Positions 40,027-64,000 of a stretch of 64,000 nt of DNA are shown one piece after another. The position numbers and the translations under genes are program-made. Source of the stretch: Eledone cirrhosa (Eukaryota); the NCBI GenBank assembly GCA_964016885.1, contig OZ024746.1, positions 40,114,001 through 40,178,000 of the forward strand, read 5' to 3'. Below the pieces are notes generated by a model, which searched no databases, was not told where the DNA came from, and worked only from the letters and a program-made list of their open reading frames with translations. Every line of letters starts with the position of its first letter. Positions within the stretch are counted from its first letter, which is position 1.

Positions 40027-40259
40027 TGTAGTAAGACGCCTCACGCCTCTTGATAGAACAACGCTGGTTGAGAACGCGAGAAAAAAAAACAGACAGCCAC
40101 TGGAAAGCAGACTGAACACACGCCAGAAACCAGCCTCTGTACCACACCATTGTTTGTGCTACATCAAAAATAAACATATATTTCATCTCTAATTTCTGCT
40201 GTTGAAATCATTATTATGTCACTCGTGTCTCAATAACATCTATAACTAATACTGCTAAA
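40027..40259 (+). repeat. 5' LTR of the Gypsy element
   Basis: Identical by eye to 42344-42576. Confidence 0.93.
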
Positions 40260-42343
40260 GTGGTGACCGGTATTCGACCCCGGCCTGAGCGAGTTAAGGT
40301 CATAGAGGATTTGCCTCCACCGACCTCACTACGTCAGTTCTTAGGTCTGATTAACTTTTATAGGCGTTTCGTGCCAAATTGCTTTTCTCCCTGACAGAAA
40401 TTTTGAAAAATTGTCGGAGGAAGAACAAAGATATTTCTTTGACAGACACTCAACTTGCTGATTTTCAGCACGCCAAAACTGCTTTGGCTAATGCTTCGTT
40501 ACTGACTCACCCGGTACCCGGTGCAAAGCTAACGCTTTGTGTTGATGCATCGGATATCGCTGTGGGTGCAGTACTACAGCAAAACATCAATGGTTACCAG
40601 CAACCGCTGGAGTTTTTTTCCAGAAAGCTGAAACCTGCTGAGACGCGCTACAGCACCTTTGGAAGAGAGCTTTTAGCCATCTATTTGGCCGTGAAACATT
40701 TTTCACATGTGCTAGAGGGCAGACAATTTACTATCCTCACTGACCATAAACCATTGACTTTTGCTTTGAGAGCGAAGGCTGATAAATACTCGCCCAGAGA
40801 GACGAGACACCTTGATTTCATCTCGCAATATACGAGTGATATCCAGCACATTCCGGGTTCACTAAATACAGCGGCCGATGCTTTGTCCCGCTTACCCGTA
40901 ACAGCGATCTCGTCATCCTCTGACATAGATCTGACTCGTTTGGCTGCGGATCAGCCTCCCCTTGAGTCATTGGATGTTACATCGCCTGAGTTTGCGAATT
41001 GCGAGATGAAATACTTGCCTCTGTCGACTGCAGTTGGCCAAATCCTTTGCGACGTCTCTTTGGACGTGCCTAGGCCCTTCGTTCCAGAGAATCATCGTCG
41101 GACTGTGTTTCTGGCATTACATAGTATCTCGCATCCAGGATCTTCTGCCACAGCAAAGCTCATATCAGCTAGATTTTTCTGGCCAAATATGAGGTGTGAA
41201 ATTGCTGCTTGGTGCCGTTCCTGCGTCGCTTGCCAGAGATCAAAGGTCCATCGACACGTCAAGGCTCCCCTGGGTACCTTTGCTAACCCAGATGCGCGTT
41301 TTTCACATATTCCTATTGACATAGTGGGACCTTGACCTGTCAGCGATGGTTTTTCTTATCTGCTGACCGTCATTGACCGTTTTTCGAGATGGCCTGAGGC
41401 CATCCCCTTGAAAAACATCACCGCGGAGACAACAGCACGTGCTCTTGTGTCTGGATGGATCTCTCGTTATGGAGTTCCATCCACAATAACTACCAACCAT
41501 GGACGACAGTTCGAGTCGAGCCTTTTCCTCGAGCTGTCAAAATTAATTGGTGCTAAACGCATTAGAACTACGGCGTACCATCCCGCTTCGAATGGCATGG
41601 TGGAGCGTTTTCACCGACAACTGAAGGCCTCCTTAATGGCCTCAATGGACCCGAGTACCTCCCTATTGTGCTACTAGGGATTCGGTCAACGGTGAAGGTC
41701 GACTTTGGATTTTCACCGGCCGAAGTACTGTACGGTGCCCCTCTGACGTTGCCCGGGCAAATGCTTGCCCCTATCGATCTTGATGCCCAAGATCACGCTT
41801 CCTACGTGTCCCGTTTGCGCTCCTACTTCCAGGATTTGCCGCCAATGGACACTAGGAAACAAACTGTCAAGACTGCTGTCCCGAGGGATATTGCCTCGTG
41901 GACGCATGTCTTTTTAAGGAAAGATTCTGTGAAGCCCCCGCTCACACAGCCTTACACTGGACCTTACCGTGTCTTAGCGCGCTCGGCTAAGCATTTCACG
42001 TTAGATATTAAGGGGTCCAGGGAGACAGTTACAATAGACACCACCACCATCGCCACGTTACAAGACCATGACCCGTTCAGGTTGTAGGGTCCACCGCACC
42101 GTCTATATTTAGACTATGTTAGCTGCACCTTTTTTTTGCCTCTGTGTTTCTGCTTTTTCTTTGCCTTGTTTTTTTATGCATGCATGTTGTTTTGTTTTTT
42201 TTAACATTTTTCAAATCCTTATTCTGGATTCAATTTTTGGTAGAGCGAATAGCTCCCCCTTGTTGCATTGTTCACCATCTTACTCCACATGTGAGTAATG
42301 ACATCGATTTTCGATGATTTGAAAATCTGGCAGGAGGTACTAT

Positions 42344-42576
42344 TGTAGTAAGACGCCTCACGCCTCTTGATAGAACAACGCTGGTTGAGAACGCGAGAAA
42401 AAAAAACAGACAGCCACTGGAAAGCAGACTGAACACACGCCAGAAACCAGCCTCTGTACCACACCATTGTTTGTGCTACATCAAAAATAAACATATATTT
42501 CATCTCTAATTTCTGCTGTTGAAATCATTATTATGTCACTCGTGTCTCAATAACATCTATAACTAATACTGCTAAA
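42344..42576 (+). repeat. 3' LTR of the Gypsy element
   Basis: Identical by eye to 40027-40259. Confidence 0.93.
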
Positions 42577-42699
42577 CTATAAACGTGACATGTAATACAT
42601 CGAAACAAATTACTCAATTTTTTACTTTTCAAACTACCGGTAAAACCTCTAAAAATAACTTTTCTTCCAAGAAAGAAAAACAGGTATTATTATAGAAAA

Positions 42700-43030
42700 C
42701 ACCCCCACAGATTTCAGTTGAAAATATTTTTTTTTCCTTCAGCTTTTTCGTGTGCTATCAATTAAACATATCTTATAATGTTGCATAGAACTTTTTCTCC
42801 AGAAAGGGAGATTCTTTGATTTTTCACACACTCTACCTCCCCTCTACCGAGGATAGGATCAGGGTTAGGGTGAAAAGAAAACTCCGAGAGTGGGAGGGGG
42901 AGTTGAGAGTCCCCTCTCCGTTTTCCGAGGGAAAGAAGTCTGTTGTAGAATGTTCGGGGGGTAAAATTGGTAGTAACACACAAAAAAGGAAAAAAAATTA
43001 TTTCACACTGAAATCAATTTGGGGGGGGGG
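42700..43030. mobile_element. Degenerate foldback/MITE with central GGGTTAGGG
   Basis: CCCCC..GATTTCAGT..TTTTTCCTT..GTGTG arm inverted at 42965-43030. Confidence 0.6.
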
Positions 43031-45038
43031 GGGGGGGGGTATATGATTTGTTGAGCATTAAGTAACAAGTACGTATTCTCATGGTTGGATAGAGAAAAAT
43101 CACAACGGAATGCCTACTGTAGAATCTGAACTCATGCGTCACGAGTTAGGAAAAAAAAATAGTCTGCGTTGCCAAATATTCCTTTGACCTAACCGAAACA
43201 CTGCATCTGTGAACTCCATGCGACAGCAGTTTTAATAGCTTATCTATCTCCTCAGTCATTTTGATAATTATCCCGTTTACATTTTATAAGTAACAAACCT
43301 AATATTTCTTCTTTGTGAATATTAAATATCTAGAAGTAAAGGGTTTTTTTTAGGGGAGGGGGTCACATCCATATATCCGTAACTATATTTTATTTCACAG
43401 TTAAAGAGTGTGGGTTAGAAAGATAACTGTCCAAAATATTCCAGCTGTCAGCTACAAATCAATCGTTACAGTTTAATTCGAAGTTAACAGCAACCCTTCG
43501 ATCTTCTTTTGTCCGGTTATCATTTGAACTCATGGAAGTATCTAGATATTTTAAATGGATAAAATGCAGTTATGGAATCGTAAGGATGCCGGTATAACTG
43601 GCCTTAGTCAAACGTTTATATTTTCACTTAGGTAGGTTTTAGTTCGATCCATCTAGCTATAATAAATATCAACTATAACAAGTGAGGGCTCCTATATAAT
43701 TAATTGTTTCTACTTTTGACACAAGGCCAGCAATTATCCCCGTGCACAACTGGTGCTTTTATTTTATCGACCCCGTAAGGATGAAAGGCAAGGTTAACCT
43801 TGGCGAGATTTGAACTCAGAACATAAAGGGATGTAACCATATGCCACAAAGCATGGCGTCCGGCCCTCTACCAATACTGCCAATCCACCGCCCGTCTATA
43901 TAATTAATTGTTTCTACTTTTGACACAAGGCCAGGAATTATCTCAGTGCATTACTGGTGGAGGATAGATTGATATCACACAAAGAGCGGTGACTCGGCAC
44001 ATACTCCTAGAATATATATCAACTAATCGTTTTAAATAGATATACAAACTAGATCAGGGATCTGCTTCTCTTTGGAATTTAACCTACCAATTTCATCGAA
44101 AACAAAAACTAAGACGGCTGATATCATAAGAAGGCGGACTACCAATATGTAAACTAACACATTTGACAACTCACAATATATAAACTATAAATGCATTCCT
44201 ATAAAGAGTTTCTATAATGGTTATTATATATACACAGCTCTCTCCGAGATGTCATACGTAATGATGTAATGGTACCATATGTAAATGATGACGGTCTATT
44301 TGTCAGAATAAGAATCGGAAATAAACAGCTGTTTAAAGCAAGTGCCACTATAAATTGTAAAAATAAGCGGAATAACGTAACGAAATTCGATTGTATTAAA
44401 TGTTAGGAATGGTTTTTGTCCTCAGACTAAAAATAAATTTAATTTTTTTTTTTTTCGCAGCTCTTTATGTTAAAACAACAACCAAGTTGAATAGAGCCAC
44501 CTGTCAATCCTCAAATGCATAGAGAAATTTAAAAAATACTATTGATATAATAAATGAGCTAATCAAGGTTTTCAGAAACGAACATCTGATCCGATTATTA
44601 CTTATTCGTGGAAGAATCGGAGAAATATTAATAGATAGTGATGTCCCAAATTACTCCTTATGACGGCAAAAAGATAAAAATATATAATCAACAGACCAAA
44701 CTTACAACTATATTACTATAAAGATTATTTCAATAAATATATCCGAATCATTTATTATAATCAAAATCTTTCAACAAACGTCTGTGGATAAAATAAGAAG
44801 GAAACTCTTGAGACATAAATAAGCTAGCGGTCCTCCATTTCACACAATTGGCAGCCATTTGCTAAGCAGCGTGGCTGCATTCTACACGTGAATTTTAGTT
44901 TTTTTTATAAAGACCTAACGAAATAATATCATACAAATATTGCAATTTAAATAACTTGAAATGAACATGAATTTATCATACAAAAATAAAGATGCGTGTA
45001 AACAGACCATTTAATATAATAAATATGTAAAAACTTAC

Positions 45039-45105
45039 CACGAAGTTTTATCAAGGAATACGCCAAAAGTGCGGGTAATCGTCACTAAAGGTGAACCGGA
45101 TGTGA
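45039..45105 (-). promoter_or_regulatory. Probable eIF3c non-coding first exon and TSS (pyrimidine start)
   Basis: Strong donor G|GTAAGT at 45039/45038, local CpG retention, CACCTTTAG at about 45093-45085, ETS-like CCGGAT adjacent. Coding exon 1 has an acceptor just before its ATG, so an upstream exon is required. Confidence 0.6.
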
Positions 45106-47781
45106 AATTATTTAGCTATAAAATTAAATTAGCAAATATATTTTAAAATGGCTATTTCAATTCAAATATATTTGTAATTTTATGGAAATTAAAGTACATT
45201 AATTAAATAAATAATATAGATTTTAAAGAAAGCTTTATAACATTTCCCATCATGCATTTCAGTTGGGCCGGAAAAATGTGACTCGAAATGCCGGCATAAG
45301 GTGTTTGTCAGTAACAAGTACTTAGTGATTTTTTTTCTTTTGTGTGTGCCCAAATAATCGTTATATTTATAATAAAGTACAAGTACAGATTTTAACTTTT
45401 ATAGATTTTCCAATTGCAATTCGATTGACGAAATTAAAGTAATTGAAATTGTTAATGTGCTTTGAATCGGTCGCCGGATACTGTCCTGTATATTACAGCT
45501 AACGAGATAGCCGCTATATTTGCTAGAAATAACAGCGAACTCTTGATGCAATCACACCACCTTAAAAAGGAAAGACATCTGATACAGTACATTTTAAAAT
45601 TGTATTTCGTTCAAATTTCCCGTATAAACAAAAGTAAAGAATTACATCTGAAATGGAAAATATGCATACATTCTCAGTAACTAGGTGGATACTACTGAAA
45701 TATTTCTTTTGAAAATGTTTATATAAACTTGGAAATTTCAGAAAAATTAATGCTGAGAAAACGTGTAAGACGATCTTGGAGTTGAACACAATCAATAGCT
45801 AATATCATTCCGTTTGATTACTTGAGACTAAACAACAAAGTTGCCTATTTTATGCAAGTGCTAAATTTTTTTTTGGGGGGGCGGATATTTTGTTTGTGGC
45901 AAACATCAGTGACATACTTTGTCCGGGTGAGCTCCGCATCTCCATCGCTCTCAGAGTCAAGATGCCTGTGAAGGATTGAATTATCAATGTGGCAAGCTCC
46001 TTGATTCTTTAAGAGGGGGTCAGAGATAATATCTCCTCAATTCTGGAAGTAGCCGATAGGAAGAGATCCAATGGTCCTATCTTTTGCCCTTAGGTTAGCG
46101 GTAGATATCTTGCATGGAACGCCGCTGTCAGCGACTTTTTTGCCCACTTCTATTATTCTGAATGCTACAGCGAGGGTGGAGCATCACTGTTATAATAAAA
46201 ATTATATATATATACAAACCCCCATTGTAGACAAGTTAGCCACGTACCTTAGAATGGCCGCAGTTATGATTCAGGACTATAACAAACAGGGAACGCCAAA
46301 CAAAATATTACTAGCTACAGAATGAAAAGGTGAAATTAAAGTACTAAACTCGAGAATCATTAACGTGTAAAATTATAGCATTTACTTTTTTTTTATATTG
46401 TAATTTGGTTTCAATTCCCAGGTATAACCATTTCATTTGACTTTCATTGTTAATATCCTGAAAGGTATAAGTAGCATAGTTTCTGCTGTCCTAAAAAATT
46501 GACAGACTTAATACCTATTTAAGAAACAATTAAAGAAACGTTTATTATATATCATCGTTATATCAATTGTTAGTGTGCTGAACTTAATGCCATGAGTTAT
46601 GTCCCTTTATATTCTGTTTTCTAATCCTGCTGGAATTTAACACCCACTCTGCTACAACGTTGTCTTTTATACCATTAGTATTTCATTTTAAGATCAGGTG
46701 GTGAGCCTCGGTATATAAAACAGTGTGAGATTTATATAGAAAAAATATTGTGGATTTTGAGATGCAAAGATGAAGTGTAATATATAATATTCAAAGGGTG
46801 GTAGATTGGCAGAATCGGATTGAATGCCATTGTGTTCTGTCTCTTTAAATTCTGAGTTCAAATCACCCCAAGGTCAATTTTGCCTTTCATTCGTCCAAGG
46901 TTAGTAGAATAAAGTTCCAGTGAAGTACTAGGGTTGATTTAATCAACTTTACCCTCCCAAAATGTGCTGGCCTTGTACCTAAATTAGAAATTAATGTTAG
47001 ATATGCTAATGTTTCTACTTTTGGCACAAGGCCAGCAAATTACCCAGTACATTACTGGTACTTTATTTTATCTCCCCCGTAAGGATGAAAGGCAAAGTTA
47101 ACCTTGGCGGGATTTGAACTCAGAATGACAAGGGTAAGGGCCGTAACTCTATGCGTCCAAGCATGGCGTCCGATCCTCTACCGATACTGCCAATTCACTA
47201 ATACCGTCCTTATTGCTGGTACCTTAGAGAGTTTGAGGATTTTAATTAAGAAAGTGAAGGAAGAGAGTGAAGAATAAGGTTCTTCTTCTTTGACCAGTTA
47301 TTCCTGGGAGAGTCATGGTGGCAGAGTCTTCTAATACTCCTTCCAGCAGGTCATGTCAGAAGCAACTGATTCAACTGGAACCCCAAGTGTGACCAGCCAA
47401 GCTTATAGATGTTACCAACCATCTAGCTTGGGATTTACTCCTTGGTCTCTTGCTGGTTGGTTTTGCTCATAAAATCTGTCGAGCAATTCTTTTCTGGGGG
47501 ATTCTAACCACATACCCATATTATTGGAGCTGTGATCTCTCAATTTGGAGAAGTAGGAGCTCTATCTGGAGTAATTCTCTGATCTCTGAGCTACACACTT
47601 TATCAAGTAATGTTACTCCAAAGACCCTTCAGAATAAGATCTATTAATTCAATTTTCTCAATGATTACATGAGGAATATATATGATGTTATGAACCTCCA
47701 TCAGTTTTGACAAACAATGGAACAGCCAATTAATGAAATTAACATGTAAGTAGCTGAGCATTGCAAAGACATGTATACTTA

Positions 47782-48251
47782 TTTAGGCTTAGAAGCTTCT
47801 GCATCTTGAGAAACATGAGGCAGCCTAAGTGCTCCAATGACCACAGTCAGTTGCATCTATCAATACATAGTTCCAACTTTTGTTGATGAGTTTCAGGTCT
47901 CTGTCAATTGTCTGCCAACAGTTCATCTTGGGACATCCTTTTCACCTTGTTCCATGAGGGTACCAATACAGGACCTGATTAGCATGTCTCTCAGTTAGGA
48001 GTCATGTGATGTGTCCCAACCAACCAAGTTGACACTAACATAAGAAGATCTGGAAAAACAAAAAACTTTCACTTGGTACCAAGATGAGATTTTACAACAG
48101 CAATGTGCTTCCAATGCTCCTGTACGGGTACAAAGCGTGGAGTGTGAAGACTAGCCAAGAGAACCAATTAGATGCTTTTGACATCAAATACCTACACAAA
48201 ATCCTTGGCATCAGATAGGATGACTTCATCACCAACAAAGAATTCCATCAG
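47782..48251 (-). mobile_element. Degenerate RTE/BovB-like LINE fragment with 5' inversion
   Basis: The minus part reads WLGHIT..QVLYWYP..CPKM..; the plus part reads KIWKNKKLSLGTKMRFYNSNVLPMLLYG..ITNKE; flanked by CATGTATA. Confidence 0.7.
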
Positions 48252-49139
48252 CATGTATAACCTTAACATAATTCTTCAAGGCTATTCAGCGTGACTCAGT
48301 GAGTCAAAAGGCTGGCCCTTTGAATTACTGAAACAGTTCATCTAGCAGACTACCAAACAGTTTCCATCTACCCAATTTCACTCACATTGATAGGTCGACC
48401 TGAGGCTATGGTAATTGACATTTGCTCTAGCTGTTTTGCCTTGGGATTGAACCCAGGACTTAATGATTGTGAAGTGAACTTCTTAACCATTCAGTCATGT
48501 TGTGTCCATAAATAAACAATAATTGATATCCAAACTGCCAGAATATTGTATGAGGTTTAATCTTTTAGAAGTATATTCTTATGAATTAATGTAATAACAG
48601 CAAATATAATTGAAATAACAATATCTCCAGTAATCTCTTTAAACCACATTTGGAGAAATCCTCCAATAAGTAAAAAAAAAAATCAAGTTGATATTTATAG
48701 TACAACCATATCCACAAATATAATTAGGTGCTTCCTAACTCATCTTTTGAAAAAACTAGTATCTAGAGCTCTATGTATCAACTACTGATAGCATGAATAA
48801 AAAACAAATATATTTTTGATCTGAGAAAATTTATTTCAAGATCTGATACATTTGTAGCAAAAGATACAACTTCTCCTCTACACTCGATATGACCTTACGT
48901 AAGTGGGATGCAGACCCCTCCCGGTCTGGGAGGTTAGTAGCCCTGCTTCAGTATTGATTTGGTCTATGTGGACCCGTCCAACCCTTGCTAGCAGGAAGCG
49001 GACGTTAAATGTTGATGATGGTGATGATGATGATGATGATAGACACGTTAGATAGTATATGCTAGACCCATTCATAGAGATGTCATTATTTTTAGAATGA
49101 AAGTATTTTCCGAAATTTACTACTTTTAAGATTTTACAG

Positions 49140-49263
49140 AAAACTACGAGCTGCGCGTATTAACATGCTAATCACGTTACTTATAGTCATGTGATTGTAA
49201 TGAAAATGGCGAGCTTACGGTTGCTTAATAAATCTATAGGATAGTTTAATAACAAAACACAAG
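49140..49263 (+). promoter_or_regulatory. Probable AP5M1 promoter/5' UTR
   Basis: CpG-retaining patch with a YY1-type AAAATGGCG at 49203-49211 just upstream of the ATG. Confidence 0.55.
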
Positions 49264-63889
<14,626 letters not shown>

Positions 63890-64000
63890 GTAAGTTAAGT
63901 TTTAAAACGTCCATTGATTTGTTTCTTTGAAATGAAATGTTTAATGGTTATTATATGTCAGATCAGGCTTCTGCCTGCTTCTGGTACCATGTAACCCAGT

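Larger units (their letters stand above)
40027..42576 (+). mobile_element. Internally deleted Ty3/Gypsy LTR retrotransposon in eIF3c intron 1 (antisense)
   Basis: 233-bp LTRs at 40027-40259 and 42344-42576; TSD CTAT; PBS TGGTGACC; purine tract before the 3' LTR; RT C-terminus (LRQFLGLINFYRRF), RNase H (DASD..ELLAI..TDHKPL), integrase (HHCC, DDE, GPY). Confidence 0.95.

Noticed and set aside
42855-42875. CACCCTAACCCTG on the minus strand as an intronic telomerase RNA template
   Set aside because: It sits at the centre of a degenerate inverted-repeat element; no pseudoknot or H/ACA domain was evident.

Overview
AT-rich, repeat-dense eukaryotic genomic DNA. The repeat content (RTE LINEs with (TGA)n tails, Meta/CORE-type tRNA SINEs, long TA/CA microsatellites) suggests a coleoid cephalopod such as Octopus; this is inferred, not proven. 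There are two divergent spliced genes. On the minus strand is a complete eIF3c gene: 22 coding exons at 37270->11665, 913 aa by hand assembly, with a probable non-coding first exon near 45039-45091. On the plus strand are the first four coding exons of AP5M1 (from 49264), continuing past the window end. Mobile DNA includes four truncated RTE LINE copies (the two longest carry a PHD finger inside the RT region), an internally deleted Gypsy element with identical 233-bp LTRs, TTAA MITEs, mariner and CR1 remnants, and many SINEs. The most notable signal is a set of hammerhead-ribozyme motifs. The best case is a 591-bp tandem array (1276-2521) in which each unit carries a type I hammerhead with a compensatory U3:A8 core, resembling a retrozyme/circular-RNA retroelement. 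All alignments and folds were done by eye.
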